Notes under the pieces: generated by a model
The model's input: the letters and a program-made list of their open reading frames with translations, nothing else
Database searches by the model: none
Told to the model about the DNA's origin: nothing
DNA from: a virus
Virus record (IMG/VR): IMGVR_UViG_3300036861_000610
Coordinates: 83,890 to 147,889 of that record
Length of the DNA: 64,000 nucleotides
Direction: 5' to 3' (one strand)
Made by a program: the position numbers and the translations under genes
Shown here: piece after piece, positions 48,317 through 58,511 of the stretch
Numbering within the stretch: position 1 is the first letter of the stretch
Layout of the letters: every line of letters starts with the position of its first letter

Positions 48317-48325
48317 TTCCGGGTT

Positions 48326-48520
48326 TTAGTCGAACTCGCCGGCCTTCACGCCGACCAACCACGCCTTCCATTCCGCGGACGTGAAACGCAGAAGTGGGCC
48401 ATTTGGGTCCTTCGAATCACGCACCAGTCGATCGGTGCCATCGAGTGCAACTTGGACGCATTCCGAGCTGGTGGCACTGTCGCTAGACTTGCGCCACTCC
48501 AGGTCGGTTTGTTCGTTCAT
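48326..48520 (-). CDS. DUF397 protein
   Basis: WRKSS.S....ECVQVA......VRDSKDP.GP.L.FT..EW. Confidence 0.9.
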   Translation of the reverse strand: MNEQTDLEWRKSSDSATSSECVQVALDGTDRLVRDSKDPNGPLLRFTSAEWKAWLVGVKAGEFD

Positions 48521-48533
48521 GAATTCCTCCTTG

Positions 48534-51484
48534 TCACAGGTTTTCTTGAATAATCTTCTTGGCTTCGGCCACCATGCCACTGACCTCGTGCACCGCATTG
48601 CGCAGCGTGCGGTGCGGGTTGCTCGGCAGCTCCAGTTCGGTTACCAGAGTCTCGATGGATTCCCTGATCTCGCTCTCCAGGCCGATGAGCTTGGCGATCT
48701 GCAGGTCAATCTGGTCGCGCTGCCCGGCCATGGTGCGAACCAGTTCAGCACTAGCAGCCTGGCTGGCCAGAAGGGCCTCTTCGATGACCACCCGCAGAGT
48801 CATTGCCTCATTACGATCCAGGCCGAAAGAGTCTTGAATCTGCCGGACGGCGCTTCGATTGGCCCGGTCCAGCTCTTCAGCCTTGGCTTCCAGGACCCGG
48901 ATGCGGTCCTTCTGGCCAATCTCATCGCGGGCCCACTTGGACAGCGTTGCCTGGATATCCTCCAGGCGAACTTCAATCGCCACAGTCACACTCCGACTTC
49001 CTGAAAACGAACACGCCTACGAAGATCAATAGTCCAACGCCAAGGGCCATCAGTACCAGTCCCAGGACCTTGAACGCATCAACGTAGTCGACGGGGTTGA
49101 TAGCGCTGAGGCTATCGAGTACGTTCATGGTGCCATCACCGGTAAAGCTGTCACGTTTATCGCATTCACCCAGGCTGGTTTGGTTCGCTTCTTATTGGAC
49201 CAGGCGCCAGACGTTTTCTCGGTGAGGACCTGGACCTCAATTTCCCAGCCGGTAGGGGTATCGGACCTCGTACGAGTCGCCTCTACCCAGGTGTAGTTGT
49301 AGGTTTCCCGGGCACGAATGAGGCGGACTTCACCGATGGCCATGACCTGGCCGCGGCCGGCGCCGATGCAGTACAGGACTTTGCCGCCGACGGTGAACCG
49401 CTGACCTAGCCAGTCAACCGCGGAGGTGACGTGGGTGAGCCAGGGGCTGCCCCCGTAGGTGCCTTCAACGAAGGCAGGGATGGGGCCGAACTCGGGAGAG
49501 TGTGGCCACCGGAGCTGTTCCTGGGTCATCAGCCGCGCCGGTGTCCTTCGCCGTCAATGCCTACGTCGCCATTGACCCAGACGGCATCCCCGACTTCAAC
49601 GACTGGCCCGGCGGCGTTTGTTGTCGACACGTTCCTGCTCCTTCACCTTCTTCACCATGTCGTCCAAGGTGAGTTCTGTTTGCTCGCTGCGGCCGATGAT
49701 CCCGGCTTGGCAGAGGTGGTCGTAGGCGCCGATGATGCTGGCGTAGCAGATGCCCAGCTCGGCTGCCTTCTGGGCCCGATAGGTGTAGTGCTGGGCTACC
49801 TCAAACCGTTGGTCTGTAAGCACGGCCCACGCCAGGTTCATGCGCTCATGTGCCTCGTCCAGCACAGTGCTGAGTGCTCTGGCGGTGCCGGCCAGCCGAC
49901 TGCGGCCAGAAGAGAAAGCGCTGATGGCTTTCTGCGCCTGCTCGACCCGACGGACCATCGACTGGTACTCAGCGTCACGGTCGATCACCGGACCAGTTCC
50001 TCAATTTCACGGGCCAAGTTGCCTCCACGGGGTGTGTTGCGTTCATGCCATCCGGCTGCGTGCGCGTCTCGTTCCGGCCACTCGATCTGTCGGCGAACCT
50101 TCTCGGCCAACTCCAACAGCACCACCAGGATCTCGTCGTCGTCGCGGCTCTCTTCAACGATGGCGAGCATCCAGTCAGCCACTACACCGAGGACACGGTT
50201 GATGCGCTTCTCCAGCAGCTGCGGCATGCCCGGCGGCGGGTCCACGCCGGGGGTCAGTCTGCTCCACGGCTCGGAGGCGTACAGCATCTCCCGCAGGGTC
50301 TTCACCTGAGCTTTCGTCTCAGGGTCTTCGGCGGGCGCAGGAACCAGCTCGATGATGAAGCCACCGATCTCGACGCCGGCTGAAGCGCTGCCGGCGCCAC
50401 CTGGGTCGTCAGGGTCGAAGCTGTGACGGCTGGTTGGTCCCAGGAGCAGGTCGCCAGACTGGTCTTCCTCAAACATGTGTTTCTCTCTCCAGGATTGCTG
50501 TGCACTGCTTGCATGGCTCGCGTTCAGCGAGGCCCTCGGGATCTGAATGCCACTTCGCTCGGGGCGGGAGTGCGGCCAGGACCTGGCAGCCGCAGACGGC
50601 CGATTCCATGGGCTCGCCGGGTAGGTTTTTGTCGGCCAAGATGATGAGGTGCTTCTTCTTGCCGGTGCGCAGGTAGAACCAGGCGCGCGGGCTCACGGCT
50701 TTGGCCTCCCGGCGGCTCGGCGGCCGGCGACAACCCTGCGGGCTCGCTTCGGACCATCCAGAGAAACCGAGTCGTCGTCGACCATGAAGACGACAGGCGC
50801 GGAGACGGAGGGGCTGTCGCTGGCGAGCATGATGATCTGGATGGGGTTGTTGATCTTGTGTTGGCAGTCGCACCAGGTGCCACCGCGGCAGTCATCATGT
50901 AACTGTTCCCTGCATTTCGGACAAACCATGACCACCTAGTCCTATCTTGTAGAGGGGTTGGGTAGATCTTCCCTCGTCGAGCCCCAACTACGCTAGGGGG
51001 TGGTGGGGGTGTTATTTCCGTGTGCCTGGCAGTCGCCGTCCTCGCTGTGCTGACTGAAGAGGTGACCGCAGGGGCAACGCTGCGTGGGGGTCAGGTGCAG
51101 CGGCACAGTCTTCGGTATCTTCGTCGGCTCGTCGAGCGTCTCCTCCGAACTGTGCCAAAAATTGAACCTCCAGATCGTCTCATTGAGACAGGTGCACTGG
51201 CCGTTGGCGATCTTCTCCTGGTGCTTGAGCCAGCGCTCAGCCTCCAGGTCGTAGGTCTGCTGGCGCATGGTGTGACAGCACTGCTTCCAGCAGGTCCGGT
51301 ACGCCCAGGAGAGGTACCCGATCCAGCTGAGGCCGACGGTGACGACCATGCGTCCCCACTCGTCGGCGCCGAACTGTGGCCAGCCGAACTTGTGGCGCCA
51401 GTGCGGATCCCAGTCGTGGCGGCTGTTCGTCCAGACTCGATCGGAGGTGTACCACTGGTCTTCTTTTCTGGGGCGGTGAGTCAT
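48534..51484 (-). CDS. Hypothetical genes (48534-48989 coiled coil, 49125-49529, 49596-49988, 49985-50476, 50469-~50696, 50693-~50929, 50993-51484)
   Basis: Consistent strand, overlaps and codon bias; no function recognised. Confidence 0.5.
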
Positions 51485-51560
51485 TGTTAGACCCCCTATT
51501 TCCAAATTTTCTGGGAGGCGATTTTCAAATCAACGCATCGATGTACTTAGACTCATGTAT

Positions 51561-52781
51561 GCCTGCCAAGCCAAGCCCCACCTAGCCGAACGTTGCCCTG
51601 CCTGCCGCACCGCGCCTACCGGACCGTGCCGAGCCATGCCATCCCCACTATGGCCTCACCGTGCCTGCCCTGCCGTACCAAGCTTCAACAGACCCAGCCC
51701 CGCCTCACCTGCCCCGCCTCACCGTGCCTGACCAAAACACACCTCGCCTGCCGTGCCTTGCCTAGCCCCGCCTTACCTACCTAGCCACACCTTGTCGTTG
51801 TGGACCCCGCCACGCCTGCCCTGCCAAGCCGAACCATTCCACGCCTGACCGTGCCTGCCGGGCCGCACCTTGCCATGCCAAAGGACGCCGAGCCCTGTCA
51901 CGCCGAACCTGCCGTACCCCACCATTCCCCGCCGAGTCCTACCTCGCCTGCCATGCCACGCCGGGCCGTAACCAACCTTGCCGGATCTTGCCCTGCCTGC
52001 CACGTCATGCCATGTCGAACCTCGCCAAGCCCATCCGAAACTCGCCTGCCCCGCCGCACCCAGCCACACCTTGTCGTTGTGGACCCCGCCTTGTCACGCC
52101 GTGCCATGCCTGCCCTACCACACCTAGTCGGACCCGAACTCGCCTAGCCGATACCCACCGCGCCTGCCCCGCCGTACCTTGACTTGCCGCGCCATGCCAG
52201 AACTAGCCCTCGCCTCGCCTGCCACGCCTTGTGAAACCTAACCCCACCAAACCGAGCCGGACCCCGTCTTGTTAAACCCAGCCAAGCCCTACCCCAGCCA
52301 CGCCTGCCACACCATGCCCCGCCGAGCCTTTCCTCACCACACCGCACCGGGGCTGCCGCACCTAACCTCACCGCGCCATGTCTCGCCATGCCTGCCCAGC
52401 CGTAACGCCCCTCACCGTGCCCAACCTCGCCATGCCTGCCGAACCTTGCCTCGACGTACCCAGCCCTACCGGGTCCTACCGCCACCTCACCGCGCCTGCC
52501 GAACCTGGCCATATGCTGCCGTGCCGAACCCCGCCACGCCTGCCTAGCCATACCTCGCCGAGCCCCGCCCCCCCCTAGCCTGCCTAGCCGCGCCTCGTTT
52601 CACCCCACCGAGCCTTGTCACAACGCGCCACACCTGCCTCACCCAACCGCACCATGCCATGCCATGACGAACCACGCCTGCCGCGCCCTACGATGCCTTG
52701 CCACAACCGGTATTTCCCTGCCATGCCTGCCTTGCCTTGCCGCACCATGCCTAGATAGCCGAGCCGCACCTGCCATGTCCT
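51561..52781 (-). ncRNA. Array C: about 1.2 kb of GGY-NN pentamers divided into about 26 units by 4-nt RCCT breaks (sense GGC-A-GGY)
   Basis: RCC-NN period 5 on +; 27 breaks between 51561 and 52768; starts immediately after the stop of the accessory gene. Confidence 0.8.
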
Positions 52782-53219
52782 TCAGGCTTCAATCAGGACA
52801 CCGACCCGAACTTCACTCTCAACGAGATCCCAGAATTCCTCGAAGTTCTCGTAGCGACGCTTCAAGGCCTCCCAGTCACGTCGCATCTCTGCCCTAAGTA
52901 GGCGCATGATCATTGGATCCTGGATAACGACCGCGGCCGGCTCGTAGGCGTACTTCCTCGTCCCATCGTCCTTTTTCACTGCATGGAAGGCGCGAATGGA
53001 GATGGGGTTCCCCGTCTTGGGGCTGGTGTAGTTCACCCGCACGGACCTGATCAGGTCGTGCGCTTGGACACGGCGGTACTTTTCCGCCGCGATGGTGTTG
53101 TTCCACTCGAACCTTGTGTGGAGTGGGTGACGGTTGTCGCGGGCAACATCCACAACAAGCGCGGGAGTCAGTTCCCCGCGCTCGTCGTAGATGGCCTGCA
53201 GGTGATCCCGCAGACTCAT
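52782..53219 (-). CDS. Accessory protein of RAMP locus 2
   Basis: AGGAG RBS; LTPALVVDVAR...HPLHTRFEWNNTIAAEKYR motif. Confidence 0.75.
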   Translation of the reverse strand: MSLRDHLQAIYDERGELTPALVVDVARDNRHPLHTRFEWNNTIAAEKYRRVQAHDLIRSVRVNYTSPKTGNPISIRAFHAVKKDDGTRKYAYEPAAVVIQDPMIMRLLRAEMRRDWEALKRRYENFEEFWDLVESEVRVGVLIEA

Positions 53220-53242
53220 GGAACTCCTTCTACTGCCGTGTT

Positions 53243-53887
53243 CTACTTCTGGACGTCCTTGTTGGTGAGGACCTCGATGTCACGCTCCGGGTCGATCATG
53301 TAGGTGCCCATGTCGCCCTTCTTCTCCGGCCGCCACTCCCCGACGCCGACGCCCATGCCTCCGGCGTCGATGAGGGACAAGACGGAGGCCTGCGTCAGCT
53401 GTGAGGTCACGTAGGTGACCCGCAGCTCGGTCTTCCACTCCGAGAATTCGGGGCGGTAACGCAGGTCGGTGCCGCCGTTGCCGACGCGCACGACGTCTTC
53501 GCGCTTCTTGGGCTCGCCTTCGATGATGGCGAGCTGCTGCCCATCCACGCCGACCTCACCGCGGAAGAACAGCACCTGCCGGAGCAGGGTCATCGTGACT
53601 CCGGCGAAGAACCGTGCGCCGCCGATGGTCGATGCCTTGAAGGCGATAACCGGAAGCCCGTACGCGCCATCGTTGGTGCGGTAGAACGCCGCCTCGTACT
53701 CGGCGTCGGGGTCCTTCGGCTGCTTGGGGGTCTTGCGCCCCTGCATCGCGTCGAGCATCTGCTTCTTCGCCTTCTCGGAGAAGCGGTGGATGATCAGCGG
53801 CGACGTCCCCACGATGGGGACGATGAGCGTCTCCGCGTCGATGCGAGGGATCTCGATGATGTTGGTTGTCTTTGCTGCCGTTGCCAT
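53243..53887 (-). CDS. Stand-alone Cas7/RAMP-like protein 2 (214 aa)
   Basis: IVGTSPLIIH, YGLPVIAFK, VRVG...DLRYRPEFSEW, G-rich loop AGGMGVGVGEWRPEKKGDMGTY; GGAGGAG RBS; strong codon bias. Confidence 0.75.
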   Translation of the reverse strand: MATAAKTTNIIEIPRIDAETLIVPIVGTSPLIIHRFSEKAKKQMLDAMQGRKTPKQPKDPDAEYEAAFYRTNDGAYGLPVIAFKASTIGGARFFAGVTMTLLRQVLFFRGEVGVDGQQLAIIEGEPKKREDVVRVGNGGTDLRYRPEFSEWKTELRVTYVTSQLTQASVLSLIDAGGMGVGVGEWRPEKKGDMGTYMIDPERDIEVLTNKDVQK

Positions 53888-53924
53888 GGGTTACTCCTCC
53901 AGGAGTGTCTACTTAGGACGTTTC

Positions 53925-54857
53925 CCATGCCGTGCCGCACCATGCCTTCCTCTCCGAGGAGAGGCTGTACCTTTCCTGACTCGCCTGCCTAGACGTGCCA
54001 AGCCTTCCCGGGCCGGGTCTCACCGAGCCAAGCCACACCTCACCTGCCCCACCCCGCCTAGCCTGCCAAACCGCGCCGTGCCACGACGAACCACGCCTGC
54101 CAAGCCATGCCCTGCCTTCACGTACCCCGCCAAACCGAGCCTGCCCTGCCGGACCAAACCCCAACTCCCCGAACCTGGCCACGCCACGCCCCGCGATGCC
54201 TGCCGAACCCCGCCTTACCCGAAAGAGCCGGGACTTGCCACGCCTGCCCTGCCTCGCCGGACGGTGCCTTACCCAAACGAAACGTGCCGTGCCGCGCCTG
54301 CCTTGCCCTACCATTGCTTGCCGCACCGGGCCTAGCCACAACACACCTCACCTGCCGTACCGAACCGCACCGGATCGAGCCGGGCCCTACCTGCCATGCC
54401 TCTCCTAGCCACACCCCGCCTCGCCTGCCATGCCCGACCCAGCCCCTCCTAACCCCTCGGCGCCGTGCCCCACCTGCCCTACCGCTCCGGACCATTACAC
54501 GCCTGACCGTGCCTAGCCACATCCCGCCTGCCTCACCACATCAAGCAAGCCTCGCCACACCTCGCCCTGCCTGCCATGCCACATCGCGCCAAGCCCAGCC
54601 TTACCATTCCTGCCGGACCGAGCCTTGCCAAGCCCCACCTGACCCCTCCTGACCAGACCGTGCCTGCCGGGCCGCACCCCGCCTCGTCCAGCCTCACCTC
54701 ACCTGCCATGTCGTGCCGCATCACGCCACGCCTCAACTCGCCCCACCTGCCATGCCGAGCCGTGCCATTACTAACCACTCCGAGCCCTACCTCACCTGCC
54801 CAGCCCTGCCTAGCCACATGAAGCCGCGCCCTGTGAAGCCCAACCCCACCACGCCTA
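53925..54857 (-). ncRNA. Array D: about 0.9 kb of GGY-NN pentamers with 19 GGC-A-GGY breaks
   Basis: Breaks at 53983, 54042, 54061, 54095, 54139, 54198, 54242, 54296, 54350, 54389, 54423, 54472, 54526, 54569, 54608, 54662, 54701, 54745, 54794. Confidence 0.8.
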
Positions 54858-56856
54858 TTGCCGAGTGTCGATGCTGAACGAGAAGCGGCCAAGACTGATC
54901 ATGAAGGTGAACATGTCGCCGCCCCAGCTGATCCAGACCCAGCCGTTGTCACTTTTGTAGGCGGGTCCCTGCTCGGGACTGCGAGTGAGGATGCGGCGGG
55001 GGATGAAGTTTTTCATGCGGCGGCCTGGTCCTGGACGGTCTGCCACTGGGCCAGCTGCTGCTCGTGCAGCACCTTCCATAGTGGTTCCTCGCCGGCCGTC
55101 CACACCAGGTGTCGGGGTACCTCGTGGGCGCTGTGAATGGCTTGAATGTGGAAGCCGCCGAACTCCCGGCAGACGGGGCACGGTGATGGCTGCGCGGTCA
55201 TGTCTCCTCCTTTGGTTCGCCTTTGCGGGCGATGATTGCCCTGATTTCCTGACAGGAGCGCTTCCACTTCCGAGCCAGACTCAGGCGCAGGGCGCCGATT
55301 CCGTAGTCGTGGACGAATTCGCCGTGCCGCCTCGCCCGGTACTCCAGGTAGATCCTCTTCTCGGGCGTCTGCCCCATGTCCGTACCCTTCTAGTTTTCTG
55401 GCTCTCCAACGGCCTCGATCAGGGTGCCGAGGGCAGCGTCAATGCGCAGGAGCTTGGCTTTCTGGTCGGCGACCTTGACCCGCAGTGCCCGGCTCTCTTC
55501 TCTGATGCGACGCAGCTCCGCCGCCTGGTCGAGGCTGCCTTGGGTCTGGCGAACGATGAGGGATTCGCCCAACTCCTGAATCAAAGTCCTCAGGGCATCG
55601 GCAGTGCTGTCGACCCATTTTCCGCGGAAAACCCTAACTCCTGAAGCTGTTTTAGTGACAAGGGCGGCGCGGACGAGGGTGCCGTCGGTGCCGTTGCCCA
55701 CCTCGTAGCGCAGTTCGATGGTCTCGTCGTTCACCTCGCGTTGCATATCCTCTCCTTCGCCGTTCATTGCTCGACGCATTGCTTCCACTTCTTCGGGAGG
55801 AAGTCGATGAACAATCAGCGGCTTGGTGCCGATGAGGATAAGCGGATCGTCTGGGCCCTTACTCACGCTTGACCCACCTTCTGGGTGCACAGGTGCTTGG
55901 TGGAGGCCTCAACGAGGTCAGCGACGCTCATGCCTGGAGTAATGGTCATGACGTCGCAGACGGGCTCATCGTCGCCGCGGTCGTGTACCAGGTAGGCGTG
56001 CCGGGAGGTGAACACGTACTCGTCGAGGCCTTCCAGGTCGATGTGGTGGGGGCCCAGGTCGGCTTCGTCGGCGATGAAGAAGTCGTCGAGGAACCGACGT
56101 TCCTCTTCGGCGACTTCGTGCTCGAATTCGTCGGGCCAATAGTCGGCCATCTCGGCTTCGGTGCCGCCGGCCTCGACTGCCTTGGTTTCCTGCTTACCGG
56201 TCATGGGGGCTCCAGTGATGGGGGTCGAGGCGGCAGCCAGTGACGCAAACGATTGATCGAGTCTGATGAGACGTTTGATGTCGTCCATGCGGTAGAAGCC
56301 TTTGATGCCGGCGCAGAGGAACACGATGAACGGCAGCATCCACCAGCCGTAGTCGTCGATGTACCGGACGAAGCCGAAGAAGAGCGCGAAGAAGAAGCTC
56401 ATGCCCGTCGCGATGATGCTGCAGTTCTTCCACTCCTCGCGCACAGGGATGGCGCTGGCCAAAAGAAAGGCGGCCAGCCCCAGCACAGTGGCAAGGATAA
56501 GGAGGACGGTGCGGGTCAGCAGGATGCCCATGTCACTTCTTTCCCTTGTCGTCGTCTTTGATGATGGGCGGGTGCCAGAGCCCTGACGTCAGCGGGTCGG
56601 GGCCGACGTACAGCCGGCAGGCGCAAGCGCCGATCTTGTCGTCGTACTTGTTGAAGACGTCGACCTTGCACTTGTAGCCGCCGTTCTCGTGGGCGCCATA
56701 TACGTGGCCACACAGGCATTTCGGCGGAGGGGTTGGAGGGGCTGGTCGCTTAATGTCCCGGGTGTAGATGCGCCCCAGGAGATAGCCCAAAAGCGCCGAG
56801 AAGATCGAGAACACAGCCTGCATTAAGCCAATGGCAATGACGATGCCGACATTCAT
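54855..56856 (-). CDS. Small hypothetical and membrane genes (54855-55016, 55013-55201, 55390-~55866, 55863-56531, 56533-56856)
   Basis: Overlap packing and RBSs; transmembrane segments in the last two. Confidence 0.5.
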
Positions 56857-56866
56857 GATGTGTCTC

Positions 56867-57292
56867 CTATGCCTTGTAGGAGCATTCGACGGCGCCACCG
56901 GCGTAGCTTTCGCCTTCGCCGCCGGATGAATCACGACTCAGCCGTGTGCCACCGGGCGTTTCGGCGGTCCAGGTGCACTTGAGAACCACGTCCGGGTTCG
57001 GCTCGACCAGTTGGGCTACGACGTAGACCTGCTTCGAGGCAGAGGGGTACTGGGCGCTGTTGATGGTGAACCGGGCTGGTGCCGGGACGTTGTCGCTGAT
57101 GGTGCGGGATGCGAAGCCGGGAATGTCGGCGGTGATGTCGATGAGGGGCACGACTGGGTCCAGGGTGAGCTGGTGGTAGGCGTTGATAGTAAATGTAATC
57201 TCGGTGTGGACCGTGTCAATCTCACCTTCACGGCAGGCCGTGGCGCTGAGCGCTGCGACGAAGGCGAACAGTGCGAGGAACAGTTTCTTCAT
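56867..57292 (-). CDS. Lipoprotein
   Basis: MKKLFLALFAFVAALSATA-C signal peptide with lipobox-like Cys. Confidence 0.7.
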   Translation of the reverse strand: MKKLFLALFAFVAALSATACREGEIDTVHTEITFTINAYHQLTLDPVVPLIDITADIPGFASRTISDNVPAPARFTINSAQYPSASKQVYVVAQLVEPNPDVVLKCTWTAETPGGTRLSRDSSGGEGESYAGGAVECSYKA

Positions 57293-57318
57293 GGCTTCTC
57301 CAGGGTTTGTTGAAAGTT

Positions 57319-57923
57319 TTAGTTCGGGAAGAAGGTGGCTACGGCGGACAGGAAAATGGCAAGGACCAGGAGTGCGCCACCACTCCAAAAGGCCGCCGCC
57401 CAGCGACGCTGCTGCTCCAGCAGAGAGACCAGAACGTTGAAGAAAAAGTTGAGGGCAACAACCCAGCCGATGACCATGGCAATGACTATGACGACAAGCC
57501 CCAATGTCCGGAAGAATTCGCCGATCATGCCGCTGCCCGCAGTACGCCGTACAGCAGGCGACCATCCTCGGTAGTGATGGTCAGCAGGTCAGCGTCGTCA
57601 GCGCGCAAGGCCTGCTGCCAGGCGTGGCTGAGGAAGACGTCTTCCTGTTGCCAGCCGTGCTCATTGCTGACATCGAAACCGTGTTCCTGTGACCAGTCAC
57701 CAAGATAGATGAACCTGGACCGTTGACCCGGAGAGGTGAAGATCCGCCGAAGGGCACCCCCGTAGCTGGTCCCGCCGGCTTGAGCCAAAGGGCAGTAGAT
57801 CGGGTCCATGACGTGGACAGTTCGCGGGTCGATGCGGGTGTAGTCGAACCCGTGCGCCGGGCCGGATTCCTTCAGCCACGCCAAGCCTTTTTCGACCTTC
57901 TGTGTGGCGATGAGAAAGTTCAT
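57319..57923 (-). CDS. Small membrane protein (57319-57528) and hypothetical protein (57525-57923)
   Basis: Two transmembrane helices in the first; GGAGGAG RBS before 57923. Confidence 0.55.
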
Positions 57924-57952
57924 GGTGATGCTCCTCCAGGAGTGTTGGGTAA

Positions 57953-58507
57953 TTACTGGGGCAGTCGCAGGAACATGACGGCCACCTGGGCGTCCTGGCA
58001 GTCGCGGACGTCGGTCTCGGTGACCCATTCGCAGGTGGCGTTGATGTTGACCAGGTCGTCCGGGTCGTAAGGGATGGCCTCGCCGCGGGGGACGTCGGTC
58101 AGGTCGACGGTGTAGAGCCAGTACAGGGTGTCGCTGGACTTGGACGCTCGGCAGGAACCGAGGGACCTCACGTCGTCGTAAGGGGACGGAAGAACGTATC
58201 CAGCCTCTTCGTGAAGCTCGCGAATTACATCGTCGAGGGGGTCGTCCCCCTCCCAGCCGCCGGTGAGGGCAGACAGGGTGGGCGTGATGTGACCCTGAGA
58301 AAGCCCGTGAATGTCCCAGCACGGCGTGAATTCCCGGCGCAGCAGATATTCGCGGCCGTCGGGCGTCTCCCGGTAGGGCAGGATCGCAACGATGTGACCC
58401 TGGCATCTGGTCTCGTGGGAGTAGACGTGGCCGTTGATGTTGTGCTCCGGCGCCACGATGCGGCGCAGAGATACCCAGCGATTGTCGTGCAGATGCTGAA
58501 TCTCCAT
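57953..58507 (-). CDS. NUDIX hydrolase
   Basis: Nudix-box-like GGWEGDDPLDDVIRELHEEAGY; VAILPY. Confidence 0.8.
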   Translation of the reverse strand: MEIQHLHDNRWVSLRRIVAPEHNINGHVYSHETRCQGHIVAILPYRETPDGREYLLRREFTPCWDIHGLSQGHITPTLSALTGGWEGDDPLDDVIRELHEEAGYVLPSPYDDVRSLGSCRASKSSDTLYWLYTVDLTDVPRGEAIPYDPDDLVNINATCEWVTETDVRDCQDAQVAVMFLRLPQ

Positions 58508-58511
58508 ATGA

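Noticed and set aside
51561-54857. Canonical CRISPR array interpretation
   Set aside because: There is no 23-47 nt identical direct repeat with unique spacers; the constant element is only 3 nt, plus a 7-nt break motif.
51593-54892. ORFs called inside arrays C and D (PCLP/ARHG-rich, e.g. 52144-52551, 53913-54344, 54107-54652) and inside array B (45673-45912)
   Set aside because: They are by-products of a stop-poor 5-nt repeat: period 5 conflicts with codon structure, they appear in many frames on both strands, and they have no RBS.
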